Origin: a virus
Lineage: Duplodnaviria > Caudoviricetes
DNA: 55,882 nucleotides
Strand: one strand, 5' to 3'
Virus record (IMG/VR): IMGVR_UViG_3300011443_000016
Span: 1 to 55,882 of that record
Every line of letters begins with the position of its first letter. Position 1 is the first letter of the stretch. Below are positions 16,992 to 26,250 of the stretch, one piece after another. The notes under the pieces are model-generated. The model saw only the letters and a list, made by a program, of their open reading frames with translations, had not been told where the DNA came from and did no database searches. The position numbers were made by a program, and so were the translations under genes.

Positions 16992-18311
16992 TTAGAACGG
17001 GATTTCACTCAGCTTCAGGATGCGCAGCACATTCTCACGCACTTCCGCATTCGCATCCCCTGGTAGAAACGCTTCCACTTGCCCAGCGTCGTGTCCGCAG
17101 CGCTGGGCGATACAGGCAGCCCAAGCGTCCGCTTTCGTGCCGACAAACTCCTGCACGTGCTGAATAGGATCAACACTGATGTACAGCAGCGCTTCCATCA
17201 CTGCGCTCATATCCAAGCCTAATTTCTGATTGGCCTGGGCAATGAACTTGCCCGCCGTTTTCGCATCCAATGCCCATTCCAGGTCATTGTCTACGGGCGA
17301 TTGCGCTGCGCTTGAATTTGACCCTTTCTCGTTGGTTTTAGCGGTATTCTTTTCAATCTCGCGGCGCATCCGATTTTCAGCAATCGTCTGGACAACCTGT
17401 TCATCCGTCATGTCATCCAGGATTTCACCATCGGACACCATCTTGAAAATGGCATTGTCCCAATGATTGTCATGATCGAATAGGTGAATGGTTTCCGCCT
17501 TCACATAATCCCGATCCCATTCCTGCGCGGAATTGAATTCGGCTTCAATCGGCAGTTCACCCGTTTCCGGGTTCACGCCAGCCAGCAGCAGTTGGGCTGG
17601 GCGCATCAGCATCGGCGTGAACACCTGCTGATTGAATTCGGGTTCAATCTTGACGAATAACAGCGACATGGCCTTAATACTGCGCTTGCCATTGATCGTG
17701 ACCGGAACATCGCGCATTGCCCGCCCGATGGTGAACGGCACGGACCAGAACGCCACGCCCGTCAATTTCTGCATGAAGGCTTCTGCCATCGTCATGTAGC
17801 TGCGCAGGGCAATCACGTCATAGATCGAGGTGGTTTCAACGGTGAACTTCACCCATTCGCCTGTTGCCTGATACAGTTCAGGCAGCACGATGTCCAGCCG
17901 TCCATGCTGCTTACAATCTCGCTTGAGTGGGTCGCAAGTGCAAGCCAGCGGTTCGGTGCTGTAATCCGGTTTGATCCCATTTTCTTCCCAATGCAGCACA
18001 ATCGTTTCTTCGTCGCAGCGCTTGAGCAGGCGGGCGTGCGCCCACTGCTCATTCCAGTATTGGAAGGCTTGTTCAGGCGAGTCAGCCGCCATCAGGACGT
18101 TGTGGAATTCCTGCGGTTGGTTGCCATACAACGCTTCAAAGGCAGGGCGAATATGTTCATAGGGCGTTTCCAGCGTCAGGCGAAAATGATCCTGATCCCG
18201 GCCTGCACCGCGTTCGGTTTTCTCAGCGCCTTTGCGCAGCTTGCCCGCGCGCGGGAAATTGCCCAGCACGCCCCGGTCTATGATTTTCTGCTCCACAGAT
18301 TTGATCGGCAT
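16992..18311 (-). CDS. phiC31 gp3-like (recombination directionality factor-like) protein, C-terminally extended
   Basis: PRAGKLRKG...HFRLT, RCD, CTCD..C...GRLDIVLPE, ETTSIY; sits at the usual recombination-gene position. Confidence 0.55.
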   Translation of the reverse strand: MPIKSVEQKIIDRGVLGNFPRAGKLRKGAEKTERGAGRDQDHFRLTLETPYEHIRPAFEALYGNQPQEFHNVLMAADSPEQAFQYWNEQWAHARLLKRCDEETIVLHWEENGIKPDYSTEPLACTCDPLKRDCKQHGRLDIVLPELYQATGEWVKFTVETTSIYDVIALRSYMTMAEAFMQKLTGVAFWSVPFTIGRAMRDVPVTINGKRSIKAMSLLFVKIEPEFNQQVFTPMLMRPAQLLLAGVNPETGELPIEAEFNSAQEWDRDYVKAETIHLFDHDNHWDNAIFKMVSDGEILDDMTDEQVVQTIAENRMRREIEKNTAKTNEKGSNSSAAQSPVDNDLEWALDAKTAGKFIAQANQKLGLDMSAVMEALLYISVDPIQHVQEFVGTKADAWAACIAQRCGHDAGQVEAFLPGDANAEVRENVLRILKLSEIPF

Positions 18312-18342
18312 CGTTTGTTCTCCTTATGCCAATGATCGAACG

Positions 18343-18738
18343 TTATTCCAGGCCGCTATTCGGCACAGGCTTGCTGGCAAGAATTGCATCCATCGCCGGG
18401 ATTTTTTGACCCGGTTGCGCAATGCGTAGCCAGCGATACACTGAGCAGTTTTTGCGCATACTGTTGTCAGGATCAGATTCTTTAATCAACCAGGGCGCAA
18501 GTCGCGTCACTTCCGCTTCCACCATCGGCAGGATGACCAGCGCCAGATCAGATTTCATCCGGCTTAAGCCCTCCACAATTTCAGCGGCGCGTTGTGCCTC
18601 GCTGTGCGTATCCGGCACGATAATGTCTTGCGTGGCTTCTAGGGTGATATTTCCGTATTCCATCAGCGGAACGGTGGCACGGACGGTGATGGTGATCGGG
18701 TTGCGGACGGGTTCAGTTTCAGACGATTTGTTAACCAT
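18343..18738 (-). CDS. Hypothetical protein
   Basis: Start MVNKSS after an AGAGGCTCA SD. Confidence 0.65.
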   Translation of the reverse strand: MVNKSSETEPVRNPITITVRATVPLMEYGNITLEATQDIIVPDTHSEAQRAAEIVEGLSRMKSDLALVILPMVEAEVTRLAPWLIKESDPDNSMRKNCSVYRWLRIAQPGQKIPAMDAILASKPVPNSGLE

Positions 18739-18767
18739 TGATGAGCCTCTTTCTAACCTATTCAATC

Positions 18768-18817
18768 TTGCGGTTTCAGATGAATACCAGTATACTTCTA
18801 AAATAAAACTTTTACAA
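18768..18817. promoter_or_regulatory. Overlapping divergent promoters sharing palindromic AGTATACT
   Basis: + strand TTGCGG(18768)-17-TATACT(18791); - strand TTGTAA(18817)-17-TATACT(18794-18789). Confidence 0.65.
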
Positions 18818-18830
18818 TAGGAAAGTTGAA

Positions 18831-19190
18831 ATGGAATACAAACTGACGCTCCCTTATCCGCCGTCTGTTAACCGCCTGTATGTCCGCAATCGCTATGGTG
18901 GCGTATCGCTTTCCGCTGAAGCGCAGGCGTTCAAGGCGGGCGTAGCAGTGGTGGTATTCAATGCCCGCATCACCGAACCGTTAACGGGTGCGCTGGGCAT
19001 TGAAATTCAGGTGTATCGCAAGGCTGAACGCGGCGATCTGGATAACATTCTGAAAATCACACTGGACTCGCTCAATAAAAAATTATGGGACGATGATCGG
19101 CAGATTGTCGCCTTACATGCTTTCCGTTATCAAGACAAGCATGATCCCCGATTACTCATCCACGTATGGCAAATGAAGGAGTCAAAATGA
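18831..19190 (+). CDS. rusA: RusA-family Holliday junction resolvase
   Basis: LPYPPSVN, DLDNILK..LDSL, WDDDRQI. Confidence 0.9.
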   Translation: MEYKLTLPYPPSVNRLYVRNRYGGVSLSAEAQAFKAGVAVVVFNARITEPLTGALGIEIQVYRKAERGDLDNILKITLDSLNKKLWDDDRQIVALHAFRYQDKHDPRLLIHVWQMKESK

Positions 19191-19921
19191 GCGCAGCAGC
19201 CAAAATCATCGGTCTGGAACTGACCCAGCAAGAGGCGCAGGAATTGGTGAGGCGGATTGACCATCATCTGACCAGTGCGGAATACCAACTCAGCGCGGCG
19301 CGGGAACTCATCTGGCAACTGCATGAACATGGTGGCTGGCAGGCGTTGGGTTACAAATCGTGGAATGCCTGCGTCCAGGCCGAATTTGAGCAGTCGTCCG
19401 CCAGTGTCTACCGCCAACTGAATGCCGCCCTGGTGGAACTGGAATTGTCGCCCAATGGGAGAATCGGTGAACTGAACGAACGGGTGCTGCGCCCGTTGAC
19501 GCGCCGCAATTTCGACACGGAAGCACGGCAAGCCATCTGGTCAATCAGCCAGGAGATTGTGGGTGAGGGCGGCAAGGTGACAACGGGTGTGGTTGAGGAA
19601 GTCGTGACCGGGTTGAAAGAAATGCTGGTGAGTGGGCATACTCAAGACAGTGACGGCAACCAGCACGCCATCACCGAAATCATGCACGCTGATCTGGTGG
19701 CACGGGTGCGCGAAAAGAAAATCGCCCACAAGGAACACATTCGCCGGATGGACAAACCGCGCGATTACATCCTGGGCGGCAAACCTGCTGCGCATATCGA
19801 ACGTCAGCAGCCCTGCGATGCAGTGATTATTTTGAACCTGGATACTTTTGAAGACATTAAACTACATGAAGCACAGCGCAGTGGAAAGAAAATTTATTGT
19901 TCGCTGTGGACGGAGGATTAA
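19187..19921 (+). CDS. Hypothetical DNA-binding protein
   Basis: GWQALGYKSW...EF...SVYRQL HTH-like motif common in phages; ATGA-coupled. Confidence 0.6.
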   Translation: MSAAAKIIGLELTQQEAQELVRRIDHHLTSAEYQLSAARELIWQLHEHGGWQALGYKSWNACVQAEFEQSSASVYRQLNAALVELELSPNGRIGELNERVLRPLTRRNFDTEARQAIWSISQEIVGEGGKVTTGVVEEVVTGLKEMLVSGHTQDSDGNQHAITEIMHADLVARVREKKIAHKEHIRRMDKPRDYILGGKPAAHIERQQPCDAVIILNLDTFEDIKLHEAQRSGKKIYCSLWTED

Positions 19922-20043
19922 GTGACAAGGCGCGGGTTACGGGGATAAATTCGTTCCGCGCCTTGTGCCACATGAGAGGAACGGGTCGCCAACCGTGCAA
20001 CCGTTCGCTAGGTAGTATACCATGAAATCAACAGGAGCAACCG

Positions 20044-20394
20044 ATGACCATCCAGACACCGACCAAACCGCGCGGCAAGCGCGAAGCGATCCTCACCCCC
20101 CAGCGCAAGCAACTGATTTTGAATTTGATCCACGAGTACAGACGGATGCACGAAATCAGCCCGACATTCCTTGAGATTGCCGTTGGAATCGGGTACACAG
20201 GCACGATGGAAGGCACAGCCTATACTTACGTGATGGACTTGATTCGTGAGGGCTGGCTGCGCCGTGCTGCCCCAGGTGCGCGGGCGATCCTGCCCGTGTA
20301 TCCGCCAACTGCGGTCTATCATGAAATCACTGACCCTGACTTGAAAGTTGTGGCGCATCGTCAAAAGAATCTTAGGATTCTCAGGAGAATATAA
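20044..20394 (+). CDS. LexA-type DNA-binding-domain-only protein
   Basis: LTPQRKQLILNLI..Y......PTFLEIA...L..EGWL.R.PG.RAI; no S24 peptidase domain. Confidence 0.7.
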   Translation: MTIQTPTKPRGKREAILTPQRKQLILNLIHEYRRMHEISPTFLEIAVGIGYTGTMEGTAYTYVMDLIREGWLRRAAPGARAILPVYPPTAVYHEITDPDLKVVAHRQKNLRILRRI

Positions 20395-20774
20395 TGCCAG
20401 CCAAACCTGTCAACGTCTTTGAACAAGAGAAAGAACAACGCGAAAAGGCACTGCGTAAAAAGTATGCTGCCAAGCGGGAAAAGATGCTCAGGCAGCGCAC
20501 CGGATTAACCCGCAAGAACCACACGCTGCGCATCCAGGGCGCGGTCATGCAGGTGGTCAGCCGTGAGTTGATCCGTGAGCGCTGGCTGCATACCGAACGC
20601 AAAGACTTTTCACGCGGCGGCAAAAAGGGGCGATCCTATCACTTTGCCATCTGGCGCTACACGCTGCAATCTGCGGACGGGCGCAGGTGGACGGCGCTGC
20701 AAGCTCAGGCACACGATTCTAATCATGGGCATATGCTCAACGTGTCGGGCTTGTGGGGACTGAAACAATCCTAA
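20394..20774 (+). CDS. Basic hypothetical protein
   Basis: TAATG-coupled ORF with AGGAG SD. Confidence 0.55.
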   Translation: MPAKPVNVFEQEKEQREKALRKKYAAKREKMLRQRTGLTRKNHTLRIQGAVMQVVSRELIRERWLHTERKDFSRGGKKGRSYHFAIWRYTLQSADGRRWTALQAQAHDSNHGHMLNVSGLWGLKQS

Positions 20775-20804
20775 CCCCGATGTGTCATAAAACAAAATTT
20801 GTGT

Positions 20805-20896
20805 TATAATAGACACATCAAAAGAAGTCCCCGCGCTGTTGAAGCAGCCGGGGCATGATCCAAAAGGACAGGCTAATGGATACCTCTCAGTATACC
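20805..20896 (+). promoter_or_regulatory. Endonuclease leader: extended -10, hairpin, SD, opposing -10
   Basis: TGtTATAAT ending at 20810; hairpin 20827-20854; AAGGA SD; AGTATA at 20889-20894. Confidence 0.55.
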
Positions 20897-21352
20897 TCAA
20901 AAGACTATATCCGTTTTTGGTCAAAAGTGAATATTGCGCTTGATTCCGATTCCTGCTGGAATTGGAAAGCGTCTATCAATAGACATGGATATGGACAATT
21001 TACTCAAAAAAGCAAAGTCGTTAAAGCGCATCGTGTCGCTTGGATTTTGACTTACGGGAAAATCCCTGATGGGCTTCACGTTCTCCACACATGCGACAAT
21101 CGTGCTTGCTGCAATCCTAAACACCTATTTTTAGGCACGAACAAAGACAACGTTGATGATCGTGAACAAAAAGGGCGCAATAAGATTATGCGCGGCGAAA
21201 GTAACGGGAACTCAAAATTAACTATTTCTCAAGTAGAATATATTCGTGCGCGTTATGCTGCTGGTGGAATTTCGCAGCAAAAACTGGCTGAAGAAACCGG
21301 GATAGATCAAACCCAAGTCAGCAATATTATTCGACGCAAAGTGTGGAAATAA
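20876..21352 (+). CDS. HNH homing endonuclease with C-terminal HTH
   Basis: RFWSKV, CWNW, AHRVAW, VLHTCDNRACCNPKHLFLGT..DN. Confidence 0.92.
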   Translation: MDTSQYTSKDYIRFWSKVNIALDSDSCWNWKASINRHGYGQFTQKSKVVKAHRVAWILTYGKIPDGLHVLHTCDNRACCNPKHLFLGTNKDNVDDREQKGRNKIMRGESNGNSKLTISQVEYIRARYAAGGISQQKLAEETGIDQTQVSNIIRRKVWK

Positions 21353-21353
21353 G

Positions 21354-22202
21354 ATGAAAAATTTCCTTGAATATGTACGTCAACGACTTGAAGTCAACGA
21401 GTATAAATTCAGCAAACAATTTGCGAATCTCGATCTATTCATGCAATCCCCCGATGATAAGCTAATTTGGATTTGCTATCTCGATAAAGAAATTGAGCCT
21501 GAACAAATCAGACGTATGTTTGACTTTACAGGGCATGTTCTCGTCGTCGTTAACGAAAAACTGATTCCCAACGAAATTACTTCACGCGAAGAAACCCCAC
21601 AATGGCTTAGAGTTTTGCACGGACTCTGGATGGGGCGTATCTATGTGTGGAATGATAGGCATTTATTTGGGATTCACTTTGATTACGATAGTGGAGATAT
21701 AAGCGAGTCGGGCGCGATCCAGCCCGATGAACTACTGCTGGTCGAAACCGGCACATGGCTGCGCGGCTGGACGGGAACGTATCGGCTGGCACGGTTCTGG
21801 GATAAGTCGTGGTGGCAAGAAAGCGCCTGGACGTTTCATGAAACTTACAACCGATACAAGCAGGAACAAGAGAAGGTCAACAGCCAGCAGTGGCAGGATT
21901 ATCAGAAGGCCAGCGATAGCAGCAGTCGCCAAGCCTATGAGCAGGCGCGGGATGAATACCAACGCCAGCAGCAGCAACGCGAAAACCGCCAGGAACGTGC
22001 TTACTATGCGCCGCCTAAGCAGCAAGGCAGCAAGCGCGATTTCATGCGTGAATTCATGACCTGTGGCAACCTGAGCGCAGCGCGCAAACTGTATTTGCAA
22101 CTGGTGAAAGACAACCATCCTGATGTGCATGGTCAGGAGAAAACCGCCATCATGCAAGATATTAACGCAGCCTGGGATAAGGCGCAGGAGGTATTGATAT
22201 GA
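21354..22202 (+). CDS. Protein with C-terminal J-domain (HPD motif)
   Basis: ARKLYLQLVKDNHPDVHG....MQDINAAW, after a Gln-rich linker. Confidence 0.7.
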   Translation: MKNFLEYVRQRLEVNEYKFSKQFANLDLFMQSPDDKLIWICYLDKEIEPEQIRRMFDFTGHVLVVVNEKLIPNEITSREETPQWLRVLHGLWMGRIYVWNDRHLFGIHFDYDSGDISESGAIQPDELLLVETGTWLRGWTGTYRLARFWDKSWWQESAWTFHETYNRYKQEQEKVNSQQWQDYQKASDSSSRQAYEQARDEYQRQQQQRENRQERAYYAPPKQQGSKRDFMREFMTCGNLSAARKLYLQLVKDNHPDVHGQEKTAIMQDINAAWDKAQEVLI

Positions 22203-22429
22203 GAAAACTTATCACATGGACAATCCCGTTTATGACCGGAGTCGCCTGCCAGATCATTCTACAATCGCCCACACCTGTCTTCGGCAGACTGTTGGTGGCG
22301 CTGCTGCTGGGCTTCGTGGCGTCATTCGTGTTTGACATGGCGCTGAAAGCCTACACGGTGCAAGAATTCCAGGACGTAACGTGGAGCGTGACCGCAACGG
22401 TTGAACCTGCGGACGAGGAGCAGGTTTAG
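22199..22429 (+). CDS. Small membrane protein
   Basis: Two hydrophobic segments; GGAGG SD; ATGA coupling. Confidence 0.6.
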   Translation: MRKLITWTIPFMTGVACQIILQSPTPVFGRLLVALLLGFVASFVFDMALKAYTVQEFQDVTWSVTATVEPADEEQV

Positions 22430-22477
22430 ACATCGTTACAAGATAGTATGAATATTGAAATCATGCTGCGTTAAGAC

Positions 22478-22599
22478 TTTACGAAGTCGGCAGGCAGGGC
22501 TACAATTCGATACATGCTCAATAAATGAGCAGCGGCGGAATGACCGCCGCTTATCCACTTACACGAGGGCAGTCGCGTAAATGAATGATCTATATTCTA
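22478..22599 (+). promoter_or_regulatory. Replication operon promoter and hairpin leader
   Basis: TTTACG-17-TACAAT (22478-22506); hairpins TGCTCA/TGAGCA and AGCGGCGG/CCGCCGCT. Confidence 0.6.
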
Positions 22600-22790
22600 C
22601 CCCAACTGAACCCGAATTCCAAGACCCAAGCATTAAAACTGCATTAAATTCCCGCTGGAATTATTTTAAATCGCTGCATGGAGACATCCTCGCGGCGCAA
22701 TTTGATTCTGATTCCCTTTCCGCCAACCGCAATTTCGTCCAGATTGACCGCCAAACTTATGTAGCGTTGGCAGAAAGCATGAAATCATGA
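22581..22790 (+). CDS. Hypothetical protein
   Basis: ORF coupled to the initiator gene. Confidence 0.55.
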   Translation: MNDLYSTPTEPEFQDPSIKTALNSRWNYFKSLHGDILAAQFDSDSLSANRNFVQIDRQTYVALAESMKS

Positions 22791-23614
22791 CCGATGATGT
22801 AAAGACTATTCGCGCGCCGCGCACTAAAGATCGCCCCTACTTTTCAATGGCACGGGCAACCGCCCAGGACAACACGCTCACCTGGGAAGCGCGTGGCGTG
22901 CTGGCCTATCTCCTGAGCAAGCCGGACGATTGGCAGGTGATGATTAAAGACTTGCAGCAGAACTGCGGGCGCGACAAGGCACGAACGATCCTCAAGGAAT
23001 TGCAGGATCATAAATACCTGAGCGTTGAGCAAGTCCACGACGCTAAGGGGAAATTCTCCCGTAATCAGTACCGTGTGTTTGAGACACCGTTTACTGAAAA
23101 CCCGTCAACGGTTTACCCGTCAACGGGAAACCCGCCACTTACAGATAACAGAGAAGCACAGACTATAGAATTAGAAAAAGATACTGCGCCTGACGGCGAT
23201 CTTCCTCCCAAGAAAAGCAAAGCGGAACTGGATGCGGAATTTGAATGTATCGCGGAGGTGTGGGGGAATCGGGCGGGCGGCTGGGTGAGCAGTATGCAGG
23301 GAATGATCTTCGGCAGCAAGAAAGTGAAAGGCGAATGGCGCGATTGCCAGTTTGAACCGCCTGCCACGATTGACGAAGTGAAAGCCTTTGGCGTGTATGC
23401 CCGCAAGCGCTCACTGGATGGCGCGATGGTCACAACTGCTGCCACCATTCAGCGCTGGTTCTATGACTTCCGCAACGGCAAGCAGAAAATATCGCCCACG
23501 CCCGATGATCCCGATTATGACCCGCGCATGGATTTGAGTATTCCAGTTCCGTTTGACCCAGCAGATATTTTTAAGGGCAAGCCATATTCGCCCAGAGAGG
23601 ATGACGAATCGTGA
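22787..23614 (+). CDS. Replication initiator / replisome organiser (wHTH)
   Basis: LTWEARGVLAYLLSKPDDW, LKELQ..KYL, internal ENPST repeats; lies before the primase-helicase. Confidence 0.75.
   Translation: MTDDVKTIRAPRTKDRPYFSMARATAQDNTLTWEARGVLAYLLSKPDDWQVMIKDLQQNCGRDKARTILKELQDHKYLSVEQVHDAKGKFSRNQYRVFETPFTENPSTVYPSTGNPPLTDNREAQTIELEKDTAPDGDLPPKKSKAELDAEFECIAEVWGNRAGGWVSSMQGMIFGSKKVKGEWRDCQFEPPATIDEVKAFGVYARKRSLDGAMVTTAATIQRWFYDFRNGKQKISPTPDDPDYDPRMDLSIPVPFDPADIFKGKPYSPREDDES
23085..23144 (+). repeat. 15-bp period tandem repeats, putative origin iterons
   Basis: ACCCGTCAACGG at 23100 and 23115, with degenerate copies at 23085 and 23130. Confidence 0.6.
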
Positions 23615-23928
23615 ATGAGTTTAAAGATTTGTACGCACCGCGTCAGCAGGGAACGTGGGTCACGCCCCGGCAAGGCTTAACAGTCGGGATGGATTTGCAC
23701 GACTGGAAGCGCTTTGTGGTGCGCGCCGTGCTGGTCATTCGCCGCGACCCTGATGCGGAACGGCGCATCCGTAAGGCGCAGCGCTTGTTGACAAAGACGC
23801 AGCGTGTCGGTGCGCAGTGGGGCGGTTGGTACGTACAGAACTTAATCACGAATGTGATCCGTGATGCGCGTTGGGATATTGAGGATCGAGTAAACGTCCG
23901 CATGAATCAATTGGAGCTATGGTCATGA
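23611..23928 (+). CDS. Hypothetical protein
   Basis: GTGA/ATGA coupling on both sides. Confidence 0.55.
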   Translation: MNEFKDLYAPRQQGTWVTPRQGLTVGMDLHDWKRFVVRAVLVIRRDPDAERRIRKAQRLLTKTQRVGAQWGGWYVQNLITNVIRDARWDIEDRVNVRMNQLELWS

Positions 23929-25751
23929 CGACAGGTGATGCAGTGCTGGCACGACTGGCACAATATGATGTGAAAAAAGACTCAACGGGTGCGTATCGGT
24001 TCAACAGCCCATTCCGCGCGGGAGCAAACTCGCACAGTTGCAGCCTGACGCTGGACGGCGATGGTGAACATGGCGCATGGCAGGACTTCAACGGTGGCGA
24101 CAAGGGCAGCTTGTACGAACTGGCAACCCGGCTGGGCGTGCCGATTGAGGGCAAGGAACGTCAGCAGGTAGCCGACAGTAAACGGGCATACAAGAATCTG
24201 GCGGAATATGCTGCGCTGAAAGGTGTGCCGGAAAGCGTGTTTCTGACCGCCAAGTGGAGCCAAGAAACCGTCACGTATGACAAGCGACCTGCCTTTGAAT
24301 TCCCGACGCAAGGCGGCAAGCGCTATCGCTTTGCCGATGGCAATAAGCCCGCCTTCAAATCACAGGTGGGATACAAAGCCTGCTGGTATGGCCTGACGCG
24401 GGCGATTGAACTGGCGAAGGAACAGAACACGGCGCTGGTAATCTGCAATGGTGAACCCAGCACGATTGTCGGCCTGCACTATCGCGTCCCGGCCTGCTGC
24501 ATCACGGGCGGCGAACAACCGACCATCCCAGCGCACCTGCTGACGCAACTGAAAGAAGTCTGGACGGGTGAAATCTGGCTGGCGCTGGATTGTGATGAGG
24601 CGGGGCGCAAGGCAGCGAACGGCAAGGCAGGACTACTGCGCGCCGCTGGGTTCACGGTCAAGGTGCTGGATTTGAACCTGAGTGAAAAGGGTGATTTAGC
24701 CGATCACTGCAAGCTGCACACCGATAGCAGCCTGGAAGCGCTCAAGAAACTTGCCCAGGATGCCCCTAAAACCGATTTTAAAGGGGTTTCTAGCAACGCA
24801 GCGCCCAGCACGGCTATAACTATCGTCAAACGCTCTGAACGCCTGTCAAACTACATTGCACGGTTGAATGATTTTGATGCCCCGCGCACAGCCGTTCCGA
24901 TCCCATTCCCAATGCGCGTCCTGCACCAATTCGGCGGCATGGCACAGGTGATGAAACCCGGCAAGATGATGGGGATTGTAGGGGTGAGCGGTGGCGGCAA
25001 AACCTCATTGGTGGAAACGCTGGTGGATGCGTGGCTGCCCTTTCATGTGCCGTGTCTGGTCTGGTCGCCGGAATGGACGCCGGATGAGTTTGTGGAACGC
25101 GCCGTGCAGCGCTATGGCGGACCACGCACCGATGAACTCTACCGCCATGAAATTTTCATTGATGAGCAGCAGCGCGGGATCAAGGATGGCTTTGGGCAGG
25201 AACTCAACGCAGGTCAGTTACAGGACGCATCGAAAGCGATTGCCAAACTACGGGCATTTGAGTCCGAAGTCGGCTACCTGGACATGCCGATGCTGACGGT
25301 GGCGCATCTGCAAAACTCGATTGATAACACGCTGCGCTCGATTGACTTCAAACCGCGCGTGCTGGTGATTGATTACATCCAACTGATGGCGGCGCTGGAA
25401 CCGGGGAACACCACCCTGTATGACCAACTGATGCGCATCAAAGCGGTAGGCAATCAGTTTGGTCTCGTTCCAGCGCTGGCTTCCCAGGTGACGAAAACCA
25501 GCGCTAAAGGGCAAAGCAACGGACGGGTTCTGGATGCGATGGATGCCCGTTATGTGAATGACGATGCGTTCAATCTGTTCATTACGATCAACCCTGACCG
25601 CAATACGCTGGGCGATTATCTGCCTGCGGCGGTGCTGAATGTTGCCAAGAACAGCCTGGGACAGCGCGGCAAGGTGCGCGTGCCTGCTAATTGGGAACGG
25701 CTGACGTTCAAAGACGAGAAACATTTCAACCAGAAATTCGATGAGGATTAG
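23925..25751 (+). CDS. Primase-helicase (TOPRIM + DnaB-like SF4)
   Basis: ICNGEPS and LDCDEAG TOPRIM motifs, KGDLAD, Walker A GVSGGGKT, VIDYIQLM, ASQ, VAKN. Confidence 0.85.
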   Translation: MTTGDAVLARLAQYDVKKDSTGAYRFNSPFRAGANSHSCSLTLDGDGEHGAWQDFNGGDKGSLYELATRLGVPIEGKERQQVADSKRAYKNLAEYAALKGVPESVFLTAKWSQETVTYDKRPAFEFPTQGGKRYRFADGNKPAFKSQVGYKACWYGLTRAIELAKEQNTALVICNGEPSTIVGLHYRVPACCITGGEQPTIPAHLLTQLKEVWTGEIWLALDCDEAGRKAANGKAGLLRAAGFTVKVLDLNLSEKGDLADHCKLHTDSSLEALKKLAQDAPKTDFKGVSSNAAPSTAITIVKRSERLSNYIARLNDFDAPRTAVPIPFPMRVLHQFGGMAQVMKPGKMMGIVGVSGGGKTSLVETLVDAWLPFHVPCLVWSPEWTPDEFVERAVQRYGGPRTDELYRHEIFIDEQQRGIKDGFGQELNAGQLQDASKAIAKLRAFESEVGYLDMPMLTVAHLQNSIDNTLRSIDFKPRVLVIDYIQLMAALEPGNTTLYDQLMRIKAVGNQFGLVPALASQVTKTSAKGQSNGRVLDAMDARYVNDDAFNLFITINPDRNTLGDYLPAAVLNVAKNSLGQRGKVRVPANWERLTFKDEKHFNQKFDED

Positions 25752-25785
25752 ATTCTCCCATTGGGAGAGAAAGTGAGCCAACCGA

Positions 25786-26250
25786 ATGAACACACGTGAG
25801 TTTGAACGGGAATTATTTATCGCCATCGAAGGATATTTTGGCGGAGATAATTGGAAAGCTAAAGACGGGCGTGATTATACCTGGGTGATGGATGATCTGA
25901 CCATGAATTGCAGTGATGAACAGTGGTTGATCGTTGATCTGACGCTGAGCATGATTGCTGACGAACTGTTCATCACAGGCGAAGTGCCGTGCAGTACGCC
26001 TGTCAGCCCGAATGAATGGGCGCACGAAGATTGGGATGAAAATGTGCCGCCTTACGTGCCGCCTGCGCCCAAAGCGTGGTGGTTCTGCATTGAAGATATG
26101 ATCCCGCGTCAAGGTACGGCAGACGAACTAATGAATTACACCGGACCGTTTGCCACTGAGCGCGAGGCGTTCATTGCAGAAATCGTCATCATGGATGAAC
26201 GGATTGACAACTTAGTGGCGGAAATCGCGCTGCTGCGAGGAAAATCATGA
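25786..26250 (+). CDS. Acidic hypothetical protein
   Basis: Open ORF coupled to the MTase. Confidence 0.6.
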   Translation: MNTREFERELFIAIEGYFGGDNWKAKDGRDYTWVMDDLTMNCSDEQWLIVDLTLSMIADELFITGEVPCSTPVSPNEWAHEDWDENVPPYVPPAPKAWWFCIEDMIPRQGTADELMNYTGPFATEREAFIAEIVIMDERIDNLVAEIALLRGKS

